Source: Spongiibacteraceae bacterium
Lineage (GTDB): Bacteria > Pseudomonadota > Gammaproteobacteria > Pseudomonadales > Spongiibacteraceae
Assembly (NCBI GenBank): GCA_041622815.1
Contig: JBFJYC010000001.1
Span: 1 to 41,175, forward strand
Direction of reading: 5' to 3'
Length of the DNA stretch: 41,175 nucleotides
The notes under the pieces were generated by a model that searched no databases, was not told where the DNA came from, and saw only the letters and a program-made list of their open reading frames with translations. Positions 1 through 8,750 of this stretch are shown in pieces; positions within the stretch are counted from its first letter, which is position 1, and every line of letters begins with the position of its first letter. The translations under genes and the position numbers were made by a program.

Positions 1-1329
1 CAGGCCAGCGCCGGCGGCGGTTCGACCGAACTTTCCAGCGCCGAAATTTATATGGGCGGTAACGGCGGTACCCGGGTACAGCAGGCCTGCGGCTACGACG
101 ATTCCACCGAGAACATGAAGAACTTCCTGATGAAAGCCTTCGAAGGGTACGCCGACGAGGCCAAGGTAGACGCCTACGTCAACGGCAGCCTCGATCACTT
201 CAACTGGCTGGTCGATAAGGGTGTGCCGTTTAAGGATTCGGAATTAAAAGAACGCGCCATTATGGCGCTGACCGATGATTGCCTGCTTTACACCGGTAAC
301 GAGAAAGCCTGGCCCTACCGCAACCACGCCGCGCCGGTACCGCGCGGGCACAACCTGTACGTGGAGGGCGATAATGGCGGCCCGCTGCTGATCAAAACGT
401 TGATGGAGAACATCAAACAGCGCCCCATCGATATCCATTACGAGGCCCGGGCGCTGAGCCTGATCGTCGACGAGCACAACGCGGTAGTCGGTGTTGTTAT
501 TCGGGAAAATCAGACTGAGAAAACAGTGCGCGCAAAGCGCGGCGTAGTGCTGTGCGCCGGCGGCTTTGTCATGAACGCCGAGATGCTGCAAAAATACGCA
601 CCGCAGTTTGCACGTGAAGGTCATATGCCGATTGGCAACCCCGGTGATACCGGCAGCGGCATCATGATGGGCCAGAGCGTCGGCGCAGCGGCGATCAATA
701 TGGACCAGTGCTTTGTCAGTATTCCGTTCTACCCGCCCTCAAGCCTCACCTACGGCATCTTCGTCAACGACAAGGGCCAGCGCTTTATCAACGAAGACTG
801 TTACCACGGTCGCGTCGGCTACCATGCGTTGCAACAGCCCGGTGAGCGCATTTACCTGATACTCGATACCGATACCTACGGTGATTACGAGAAATTTAAC
901 TATCTGATGGCCGAGGTGGTCGGTACCGGCGACACCGCCGAGGAACTGGAAGCCGAAGTCGGCCTGCCCAAAGGCATGCTGACCAATACCCTGAATCTGT
1001 ACAACAGCAACGCCGCGAATGGCGAAGACCCGGTGTTTCATAAATCAGCGGAGTGGCTAAAGCCGTTGCAACCGCCCTTCGTGGCGCTGGATTGCACAAT
1101 TAACCGGGGAACTTTCTATCCGACATTTACGCTGGGTGGTCTGGACAGCCTGCCGACCGGCGAGGTGGTGGACAATGATCGACAGCCGATTGCCGGTTTG
1201 TACGCCGCGGGCAGAACTACCGCGGGTATTCCGCGGACCGCCGCCGGCTACGGCAGCGGCATGTCGGTAGGAGATGCAACGTTCTTCGGGCGTATGGCCG
1301 GCAAAGCCGCGGCGGCACGCAAGGCTTAG
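1..1329 (+). CDS. FAD-dependent oxidoreductase, 3-ketosteroid dehydrogenase / fumarate-reductase flavoprotein-like (5' end outside the window)
   Basis: Frame 1 is open from nt 1 (QASAGGGSTELSSAEIYMGGNGG...), so the gene starts upstream of the window. The C-terminal GLYAAGRTTAGI...GSGMSVGDATFFGRMAG is typical of the FAD_binding_2 family. Stop codon at 1327-1329. Confidence 0.8.
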   Translation, partial: QASAGGGSTELSSAEIYMGGNGGTRVQQACGYDDSTENMKNFLMKAFEGYADEAKVDAYVNGSLDHFNWLVDKGVPFKDSELKERAIMALTDDCLLYTGNEKAWPYRNHAAPVPRGHNLYVEGDNGGPLLIKTLMENIKQRPIDIHYEARALSLIVDEHNAVVGVVIRENQTEKTVRAKRGVVLCAGGFVMNAEMLQKYAPQFAREGHMPIGNPGDTGSGIMMGQSVGAAAINMDQCFVSIPFYPPSSLTYGIFVNDKGQRFINEDCYHGRVGYHALQQPGERIYLILDTDTYGDYEKFNYLMAEVVGTGDTAEELEAEVGLPKGMLTNTLNLYNSNAANGEDPVFHKSAEWLKPLQPPFVALDCTINRGTFYPTFTLGGLDSLPTGEVVDNDRQPIAGLYAAGRTTAGIPRTAAGYGSGMSVGDATFFGRMAGKAAAARKA

Positions 1330-1348
1330 AGGCGCTGCTTACCCGCGG

Positions 1349-4039
1349 TTAGCGGGGCAGTCGATACTCAACGTCCGCGACCGGCTCCACGGCACCGCCA
1401 ACCACCAGCGCAGCGGAATCGCCAAACATATCCGCCACCTGTGATTGAATGAAATCACCAACCGAGAAATGGTCCCTGACCGGCGTGTAAACGATATTGA
1501 CGCTGCCGATATCATTGTCTTCACAGACGTCGATGGTCGCGCCATCCTGTATCGCGTGGGTCGCCGTCACTCCGCTATCGAAACCGAAGGCCGCGTTGCC
1601 ACAGATCGACGTGAGCGACTCTTTCACACCACGCATCATGATCGCGGAATCGTTATGGTTATCCGACCCGCCCCAGTCGATGGTCGACAGATCCAGATTC
1701 TCAAAGTCCGCGGTAGACGGTTTTGCGCCGACGCCAATGCTCGCGGCGGTGTTATCGGAGATATCAATTTCCGCTTCTTTCACAGCCTGAATGGTAATCG
1801 CCGACAGGCCGCCGCTCGGGTCGATGATCCGATTGCCGGCGATTGACAGCCAGCCATTGTTGCGGGCCCGGTGCGTGCTGATGATGTCGGCGCCCAGATG
1901 CTTCACTGCATCCAAGATGCGTCCTCTGGCATCGTAGCGCACGCGGCTATAGTCGTCGCTCCAGATATCGATTCCGTCCGCATTGAAAACATCCACGAAG
2001 ACACTACCGACCACCACGTTGTGGTGCAGTTCGATCAGGCTGCGGTGGATATGCGGTTCGTTGAGTTGTTTGACATTTTCCGAGTTCGCACGCCGGTCAT
2101 CACCCGCGTGATTGCGGTCTTCGTAGCGAAGGCCCGCACCGGCGGGGTCGATCACCACGTTTTCTGCGAACCGCACACTGGTCCAGCGCAAGCGGTGATC
2201 ATGCTTCATGTGGCCGTCGTGACCCATCAAGCGCTCCTTGTCATTACCGTGGTAGTGACTATGCGGCGAGAAAAACCCGGTGCCGTGATGATGACCATGG
2301 AAGTCCAGATCGACACGGCCGTAAAAGGTATTGCCGAGCAGCATCCCCTGATTGAAACCATCGACATTGATTGCCCGATCGCCGGTCCAGGTTTCACCAT
2401 TCAGGAAGTTGTTGAGGATGTCCCGATTGCCGACCTCGTTTTCGCGGAAGATGCCGTCGTAGTGACGCAGCTGGCTGACATCGTGGAACCGGTTGTTCTC
2501 GATCAGTCCACCGGTGGCATATCCCGTGCGCGCAGTGTTCTGGTTCACGCGGAGATCATCGGTCACGTTGTGGTAGGCGTGTACGCAGGTACCGTTCCAG
2601 TCGAGGACGATCAGGGCATCTTCTTCCTTGGGCGGTTTGAGCCGGCTCAGCACCCACGCGACAATATCATCCTTGGTCTTGAACACCCGGCCGGCGTATT
2701 CAAGGCTGCCAATCTGCAACATCTCACCGACTTCATTCACATCTTTATTAGCCTGACTTACTTCGCGTCGCGCTTCCGTGGTGTCAACGTTCGCGGTGCG
2801 CAATAACGCCAGCGCGTCCTGTCTGGACCGGATTGCATCCGCATGCTCGACCTTAACCCCGCTGGCCACCTGCCGCGCCGCTGACAACGCCTTGCGGTCT
2901 TCCGCAAGTTGCGTCCTCAGCACAGGAATCCGGGCCTTGGCGGCGGCAATATCAGCGCCGGCCTGCCGGATCTGTTCAAACTGTTCCTGAAACTGCCCGT
3001 CGGACTGCCGGCTGTTATTTTCAACAAATGCCAGCAGATCATTGGTCAACGGTGGCAGCTTGTCATTGTCAGCCTTAATCGCCGCATGGGCGGCAGCGGC
3101 AGACCTTCTCGCTTTTTTGATGATGCTTCTTTGCGCGGAAATTTTCTTGCGGGTAGCCCCGAATTCGGCGCGGGCGCTCCTGACCCCGGCATTCGCCTGT
3201 TTGCGCGCTGCCAGGTAGTCTCGGTAGGCCGGCAGCGTGTCGCGATAAGCACTGCGCGCCGCATCCCGGGCACTCTTAGCCGCCTCCATCTCGCGGCGCT
3301 TCTCATCCAGTACTGCTTTCATTTGGTCGTGGACGGCCACCAGATCACGGATCTCCTCAGGCGCCACCATCGGCCCCTTCAGGTAGGTGCCGGTGGCCAC
3401 ATTGTTGCGCACAACCACGCACGCATCCGTATTGCGGAGCTCCAACCGCTGCGTCACGAAACGATTCTCGATGATATAGGGGTCCATCATGGTGCCACTG
3501 CCGGGCAAACCGGCGCTGGCCAGATCCTCATCGCTGGTCCAGATCAGCTCTTCAACGGGTGCCGCAGTATCAAATGCGTAGGCTTCACCGTGCACGATCA
3601 CAGACGGTGTATCGCCGATTACCGCGTCGGTGAGACTCATGGAAATAAGGGGGCCTTGATCTTCAAACATCATGCGCGCCATGCCGGTCTGGTCGCAGCC
3701 ATCACTGTGGTGCACCTCGCCGCGCCCCCCTTCCATATGTCCGCCATGCCCGGCGTCACCGTGAGTGTGATGCGCGTGATGCCATTCACCGCCGTGCTCG
3801 TGAGCACCAACAGCTTCCTTATGGTGGAAATGTTCGTGGCCATCATCGACAGAATGGCTGTAAGGGTGCACGTCGACCTCGCAAGGAGATTTGTGCTGCG
3901 CCTGGTCGCCACCGTGACCGTCGTGATGATCCTGTTGCGCTAAGACGGGCAAACCAGGGCCAGCAAAGGCCATAGGTGACACAAATAAAGCGAAAGTAAA
4001 CAGGGACGCACGCAGTGCTTTTCTAACGGGGGCTAGCAT
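1349..4039 (-). CDS. Secreted hypothetical protein: signal peptide, His-rich tract, beta-helix-like repeats interrupted by a long coiled coil
   Basis: 896-aa ORF with an ATG at 4039 preceded by GGAG about 6 nt upstream. N-terminal signal peptide MLAPVRKALRASLFTFALFVSPMAFA. About 21 His in residues 37-111. The motif IENRF / IENNRF occurs on both sides of an Ala/Arg/Lys/Gln-rich helical segment. Asn/Asp/Gly-rich short repeats fill the C-terminal half. I recognise no characterised family. Confidence 0.75.
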   Translation of the reverse strand: MLAPVRKALRASLFTFALFVSPMAFAGPGLPVLAQQDHHDGHGGDQAQHKSPCEVDVHPYSHSVDDGHEHFHHKEAVGAHEHGGEWHHAHHTHGDAGHGGHMEGGRGEVHHSDGCDQTGMARMMFEDQGPLISMSLTDAVIGDTPSVIVHGEAYAFDTAAPVEELIWTSDEDLASAGLPGSGTMMDPYIIENRFVTQRLELRNTDACVVVRNNVATGTYLKGPMVAPEEIRDLVAVHDQMKAVLDEKRREMEAAKSARDAARSAYRDTLPAYRDYLAARKQANAGVRSARAEFGATRKKISAQRSIIKKARRSAAAAHAAIKADNDKLPPLTNDLLAFVENNSRQSDGQFQEQFEQIRQAGADIAAAKARIPVLRTQLAEDRKALSAARQVASGVKVEHADAIRSRQDALALLRTANVDTTEARREVSQANKDVNEVGEMLQIGSLEYAGRVFKTKDDIVAWVLSRLKPPKEEDALIVLDWNGTCVHAYHNVTDDLRVNQNTARTGYATGGLIENNRFHDVSQLRHYDGIFRENEVGNRDILNNFLNGETWTGDRAINVDGFNQGMLLGNTFYGRVDLDFHGHHHGTGFFSPHSHYHGNDKERLMGHDGHMKHDHRLRWTSVRFAENVVIDPAGAGLRYEDRNHAGDDRRANSENVKQLNEPHIHRSLIELHHNVVVGSVFVDVFNADGIDIWSDDYSRVRYDARGRILDAVKHLGADIISTHRARNNGWLSIAGNRIIDPSGGLSAITIQAVKEAEIDISDNTAASIGVGAKPSTADFENLDLSTIDWGGSDNHNDSAIMMRGVKESLTSICGNAAFGFDSGVTATHAIQDGATIDVCEDNDIGSVNIVYTPVRDHFSVGDFIQSQVADMFGDSAALVVGGAVEPVADVEYRLPR

Positions 4040-4071
4040 GAAAGCTCCGAGGGTGAGATGTTATTTTTCTA

Positions 4072-4088
4072 GCACACGAACCGTGTGC
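4072..4088. promoter_or_regulatory. Inverted repeat GCACAC-N5-GTGTGC in the leader/promoter region of the His-rich protein gene
   Basis: Read directly: gcacac (4072-4077), gaacc, gtgtgc (4083-4088). It lies 33-49 nt upstream of the ATG at 4039 on the minus strand. Operator or RNA hairpin; function unknown. Confidence 0.25.
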
Positions 4089-4136
4089 CACCATCGAGAG
4101 GTTTACAGCGGATTTAACATTGAATTTGAAACTAAA

Positions 4137-4156
4137 TCCGTGCGACAGGTCACGGA
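4137..4156 (-). terminator. Candidate intrinsic terminator downstream of aceF
   Basis: On the minus strand, TCCGTG-acctgtcg-CACGGA (6-bp stem) is followed by atttagtttcaaatt (T-rich). It lies about 130 nt downstream of the aceF stop. The stem is short, so this is weak. Confidence 0.3.
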
Positions 4157-4283
4157 ATGCGTACTTAGCGCTGCTACGAAGGCGCCAAGGGGCTTACAAC
4201 AGATAGCCCTACGGCCAATGCCAGCGCTAGCGGCGGTAACGCTTTACCTGTTCATGCAGCGCCAGTTCGTGATCTTCGGCGAT

Positions 4284-5954
4284 TTACAACAGCAACCGCC
4301 GAACATCCCCCAGTACAGCGACCAGATGGGTCATAAAGCGGCCGGCATCGCCGCCGTTGATGCCCCGGTGATCGTATGACAGGCACAGCGGCAGCATTTT
4401 GCGAGGCGTAAATTCGCTGCCGCTCCAGACCGGCTTTACCGCCATTTTTGACACGCCGAGAATGCCGAGCTCCGGCGCATTCACAATCGGCGTAAAGCCG
4501 GTGCCGCCGATATTGCCGAGACTGGAAATCGTAAAGCAGCCACCCTGCATTTCGCTGGGCTTGAGTTTGCGGTTTTTCGCTTTCTCTGCCAGCTCGGCAA
4601 TTTCCGCGGACAATTCCCAAACGGATTTTTTGTCGACATCGCGAATCACCGGCACCAGCAAGCCGGCGGGGGTATCCACCGCCATGCCGATATGAATATA
4701 GTGCTTCTGGACCCACTCGCCGTTTTGCACAGACGCATTAAAGCGCGGTACGTCCCGCAATGCGGCGGCGCAGGCTTTTAACAGAAACGGCATCGGTGTC
4801 AGCTTCACGCCTTTGACCTCCGCCTCAGCCTTCATCGCCGCCCGAAAATCTTCCAGATCGGAAATATCGGCCTCATCAAACTGGGTCACATGGGGCACAT
4901 TGACCCAGCTGCGGTGCATATTCACAGCGGTCGCCTTTTCCATACCGGTTAGCGGCCGCGCTTCAATTTCACCGAACTTGCTGAAGTCGACTTCCGGAAC
5001 AGGCGGAATTCCGGAACCGCTGCTGACACTCGTCGAACTTTTACCGGCCAGCCGCGATTTCACATAGTTCTGCAGGTCTTCCTTGAGAATCCGGTTACGG
5101 GGGCCGCTGCCTTTGACGTCGTTCAGCGACACGCCAAACTCGCGGGCCAGGCGTCTTACGGCGGGGCCGGCATAAACAGAGTCTTTCTCGCCGTCGCTAT
5201 CACTGGCAGAAGTCTGCAATGGTGTCGGTAATTCTGGCTGCGGCGCAGTAACCCCGGACGCAGCAGGCGCAGCCGGTGCGTGCGGTGCCGGTGAGGCCGC
5301 CGCCGGCTTCGCCGGAGCCTGGGACTTTGCCTGCACTTCCAGCTCAAGAATCGGGGTGCCCTGGCTGGCCTGGTCACCCACCTGGATACTTAAGGACAAA
5401 ACTTTTCCCGCCAGCGGCGAGGGTACTTCCATCGACGCCTTATCCGTTTCCAACACAATCAGCGAATCGCCTTCAGCGACTTCATCACCGGCGGCGACGC
5501 ACAGCTCGATCACTTCCGCGCTATCCGCACCGATATCGGGCACCGCCACCTGCTCCTGAGTGGCTGCCCCCGCCTCAGCTGCAGCGCCTTGCGCAGGCTC
5601 ATCGGCGACGACGCTTTGCGGCGGTGAATCTTCTGCCGGCTGATCCTCAATTTTGTCTGCGGCTTCCGCTTCCGCAGCCGGCGCTTGCTCCTCCGTATCG
5701 GGCTGGTCTTCAGCCGCTTCAGTAGCCACCACCATCAGATCGCTGCCCTCGCTAACCTGATCGCCCTCCTTCACCAATATTTCAACGACCTTCCCGGCAA
5801 ACGGCGCCGGCACTTCCATCGATGCCTTGTCGGACTCCAGTACCACCAGAGAATCTTCGGCTGCCACGGTATCCCCGACCGCCACACAAATTTCAATTAC
5901 CTCAACACCGTCACCGCCGCCGATATCAGGAATTTTTACAGTTTCATTGCTCAC
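4284..5954 (-). CDS. aceF: Pyruvate dehydrogenase E2, dihydrolipoamide acetyltransferase (two lipoyl domains)
   Basis: Two lipoyl domains carry the ESDKASMEVP / ETDKASMEVP lipoyl-lysine motifs, joined by Ala/Pro-rich linkers. Also present are an E3-binding domain (AGPAVRRLAREFGV) and a catalytic domain with SYDHRGINGGD. GTG start at 5954 with AAGGAAA 5 nt upstream. The gene lies immediately downstream of aceE. Confidence 0.95.
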   Translation of the reverse strand: MSNETVKIPDIGGGDGVEVIEICVAVGDTVAAEDSLVVLESDKASMEVPAPFAGKVVEILVKEGDQVSEGSDLMVVATEAAEDQPDTEEQAPAAEAEAADKIEDQPAEDSPPQSVVADEPAQGAAAEAGAATQEQVAVPDIGADSAEVIELCVAAGDEVAEGDSLIVLETDKASMEVPSPLAGKVLSLSIQVGDQASQGTPILELEVQAKSQAPAKPAAASPAPHAPAAPAASGVTAPQPELPTPLQTSASDSDGEKDSVYAGPAVRRLAREFGVSLNDVKGSGPRNRILKEDLQNYVKSRLAGKSSTSVSSGSGIPPVPEVDFSKFGEIEARPLTGMEKATAVNMHRSWVNVPHVTQFDEADISDLEDFRAAMKAEAEVKGVKLTPMPFLLKACAAALRDVPRFNASVQNGEWVQKHYIHIGMAVDTPAGLLVPVIRDVDKKSVWELSAEIAELAEKAKNRKLKPSEMQGGCFTISSLGNIGGTGFTPIVNAPELGILGVSKMAVKPVWSGSEFTPRKMLPLCLSYDHRGINGGDAGRFMTHLVAVLGDVRRLLL

Positions 5955-5965
5955 TGTGGTTTCCT

Positions 5966-8608
5966 TTAGCGGGTGAACGGATCGGGCAGATCAGCATTAA
6001 TACCGAGCGCCGTAATCGCCTGACTCACATCCGACGCCGGCAAATGCCCCTGATCTGACAGCGACTTCAACGCCGCGACCACAACGAAATTGCGGTCGAC
6101 CTCAAAATGGCGGCGCAATGCCTGACGCGTATCCGAACGACCATAGCCGTCGGTACCCAACACCGTATAGGGTGCTGTTATCCACGGCCGTAATTGTTCG
6201 CCATAGGACTTGATGTAATCGGTCGCGCAGATCACCGGTGCATCCGAGTCACCGAGCAACTCAGCAACATAGGCAGTGCGCGGCGGCGCCTCCGGATGCA
6301 GCATATTCCAGCGGTCGCAACTCATACCGTCGCGATGCAGCTCGTTAATGCTGGTAGCACTCCACACCGACGCAGCTATGCCGTAGTCGCTTTCCAGCAT
6401 CTCGGCGGCCGCTTCAACTTCGCGCAAAATCGTGCCGCTACCGAGCAACCGCACTGACAGCTTTTTATCGGCAGCGGGTGCCCGCAGCTGGTACATACCG
6501 CGGATAATGCCCGCCTCCACACCCGGCGGCATATCGGGGTGGGTGTAGTTTTCGTTCATCAGGGTGATATAGAAGTAGACGTTGTCTTTGTCGCCGTACA
6601 TGCGCTGCAGACCATTCTGAATAATCACGGTCAGCTCGTAGGCATAGGTCGGGTCATACGACACACAGTTCGGAATCATTGCCGCCATCAAATGGCTATG
6701 CCCGTCCTGATGCTGCAAGCCCTCACCATTCAGTGTGGTGCGCCCGGCAGTAGCGCCGAGCAGAAAGCCCCGCGCCTGCGAATCGCCGGCGGCCCAGGCC
6801 AAATCCATGACCCGCTGAAAGCCGAACATCGAATAGTAGATATAGAAAGGCACCATCGGCAATCCGTGATTGCTATACGATGTCGCCGCCGCCAGCCAGG
6901 CTGACATCGCACCGGCTTCGTTGATGCCCTCCTCCATAATCTGACCCTTGATGTCCTCTTTGTAGAACATAATCTGATCGTGATCGTGGGGGGTATAACG
7001 CTGCCCCTGTGCTGAATAAATACCGAGCTGACGGAACATGCCCTCCATACCGAAGGTGCGTGCCTCGTCCGGCACGATTGGCACAATCTGCTGACCAATC
7101 GCCTTGTCTTTTACCAGGGTCGACAAGGTGCGCACAAACGACATGGTCGTCGAAATCTCACGCTTACCGGAGCTTTTCAGCTGTCCCTTCAGGTCATCCA
7201 GTGACGGCACTTGCAATGCGTCGAAATCTTTTTTTCGCGCCGGCAGGTAACCTCCGAGCCGCTCGCGCTGTTCACGCAAATAAACCATTTCCGGGCTATC
7301 CGGCGCCGGACGGTAATACGGCACATTGGCGAGTTCGTTGTCTGATATCGGAATACCAAAACGATCGCGGAAGGTTTTCAGCGACTCGATGTCCAGTTTC
7401 TTAATGGAATGAGTTTCATTCTGGGCTTCTCCGCCCTCACCCATACCATAACCCTTCACCGTCATTGCCAGTACCACGGTCGGCTGGCCTTTATGCTTCA
7501 CAGCCTGATCGTAAGCTGCATAAACCTTGTACGGATCGTGTCCGCCGCGGTTCAGGTACATGATGTCTTTATCGGAAAGGTCCGACACCAATTCCGTTAA
7601 CTCAGGGTACTTACCGAAAAAATGCTCGCGGGTATAACCACCGCCGTTGGCTTTGTAGTTCTGCAACTCACCGTCACACACTTCATCCATGCGTTTGGCC
7701 AGCAGGCCGGTCTTATCTTTTTCTAACAACGGGTCCCAGAGACGGCCCCAGATAACTTTCAGCACATTCCAACCGGCCCCGCGAAACACACCCTCGAGTT
7801 CCTGAATAATTTTGCCGTTACCGCGCACCGGACCGTCGAGGCGCTGCAGATTACAATTGACGACAAAAATCAGATTATCCAGACCTTCGCGTCCGGCCAA
7901 TGCGATAGAGCCTAGTGATTCCGGCTCATCACATTCACCGTCACCTAGAAAGCACCAGACCTTGCGGTCACCCTGATCAACAAGTTCGCGCGATGCCTGA
8001 TACTTCATCAGATGCGCCTGATAGATCGCCTGAATCGGTCCCAGACCCATACTCACCGTCGGAAACTGCCAGTAATCCGGCATTAACCAGGGGTGCGGGT
8101 AGGAACTCAGGCCATTGCCGTCAACTTCACGGCGGAAGTTATCGAGCTGATCTTCGTTGAGCCGGCCCTCAAGATAGGAGCGCGCATACATACCCGGCGA
8201 GCTATGCCCCTGATAGTAGATCAGATCGGCTTTATCACCACCGCGAAAGAAATAGTTAAAACCCACATCGTAGAGCGTCGCCGCCGAGGAGAAGCTGGCG
8301 ATATGCCCGCCCAACCCCTCGTCGTTGTCGTTGGCGCGCATCACCATCGCCAAGGCGTTCCAACGGATCATCGAGCGGATTTTGCGCTCCATAAACAAGT
8401 CGCCGGGCATGCGACGCTCATCCAGCGGATTAATCGAATTGCGAAACGGCGTGGTAATTGCCGCCGGCATATTGGTACCGGCGGCCGCAGCGCGATCCGT
8501 CAGCGCTTTAATAATCTGGGCAGTGCGGCCGCGGCCGCTATGGCGCATCACATCATCAAGCGCGTCCAACCACTCTTTGGTTTCCTGCGGGTCTTCGTCC
8601 TGCTCCAT
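5966..8608 (-). CDS. aceE: Pyruvate dehydrogenase E1 component (homodimeric type)
   Basis: The 880-aa product is colinear in style with AceE: DPQETKEWLDAL at the N-terminus and a ThDP-binding GDGE...N region. The track ORF starts at a TTG (8623). The ATG at 8608 has AGGAAA 5 nt upstream, and MEQDEDPQETKEW matches the usual AceE N-terminus, so 8608 is preferred. Confidence 0.95.
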   Translation of the reverse strand: MEQDEDPQETKEWLDALDDVMRHSGRGRTAQIIKALTDRAAAAGTNMPAAITTPFRNSINPLDERRMPGDLFMERKIRSMIRWNALAMVMRANDNDEGLGGHIASFSSAATLYDVGFNYFFRGGDKADLIYYQGHSSPGMYARSYLEGRLNEDQLDNFRREVDGNGLSSYPHPWLMPDYWQFPTVSMGLGPIQAIYQAHLMKYQASRELVDQGDRKVWCFLGDGECDEPESLGSIALAGREGLDNLIFVVNCNLQRLDGPVRGNGKIIQELEGVFRGAGWNVLKVIWGRLWDPLLEKDKTGLLAKRMDEVCDGELQNYKANGGGYTREHFFGKYPELTELVSDLSDKDIMYLNRGGHDPYKVYAAYDQAVKHKGQPTVVLAMTVKGYGMGEGGEAQNETHSIKKLDIESLKTFRDRFGIPISDNELANVPYYRPAPDSPEMVYLREQRERLGGYLPARKKDFDALQVPSLDDLKGQLKSSGKREISTTMSFVRTLSTLVKDKAIGQQIVPIVPDEARTFGMEGMFRQLGIYSAQGQRYTPHDHDQIMFYKEDIKGQIMEEGINEAGAMSAWLAAATSYSNHGLPMVPFYIYYSMFGFQRVMDLAWAAGDSQARGFLLGATAGRTTLNGEGLQHQDGHSHLMAAMIPNCVSYDPTYAYELTVIIQNGLQRMYGDKDNVYFYITLMNENYTHPDMPPGVEAGIIRGMYQLRAPAADKKLSVRLLGSGTILREVEAAAEMLESDYGIAASVWSATSINELHRDGMSCDRWNMLHPEAPPRTAYVAELLGDSDAPVICATDYIKSYGEQLRPWITAPYTVLGTDGYGRSDTRQALRRHFEVDRNFVVVAALKSLSDQGHLPASDVSQAITALGINADLPDPFTR

Positions 8609-8750
8609 AGATATTTCCTGCAACGCTGAGCAAAAGTTAACGCCGAGTACACGCTCGCAGCGTTAGGTGTTTGAAATGGCAGGGAATATTAGCGCGAAAA
8701 GCGACGCATTGCGCGCCGCGGTTACCGGTATTCGGCTGAATCTTCCCGTT

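Noticed and set aside
1871-3943. Long plus-strand ORFs (311 aa and 344 aa) antisense to the His-rich protein gene
   Set aside because: Their translations are low-complexity and rich in Arg, Ala, Val and His, with no motifs. They have no SD or start context and are fully embedded opposite a much longer ORF that has a signal peptide and coherent domain structure. This is a typical shadow-ORF artefact of GC-rich DNA.
4038-4716. ORFs 4038-4379 (+) and 4252-4716 (-) in and around the aceF 3' end
   Set aside because: They overlap the aceF catalytic-domain coding region in other frames and have no recognisable features. The 4040-4283 spacer is better explained as terminator plus promoter DNA.
5357-5945. 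Internal sequence duplication inside aceF
   Set aside because: It corresponds to the two lipoyl domains, a well-known domain duplication in E2 proteins, and not to a mobile or regulatory repeat.
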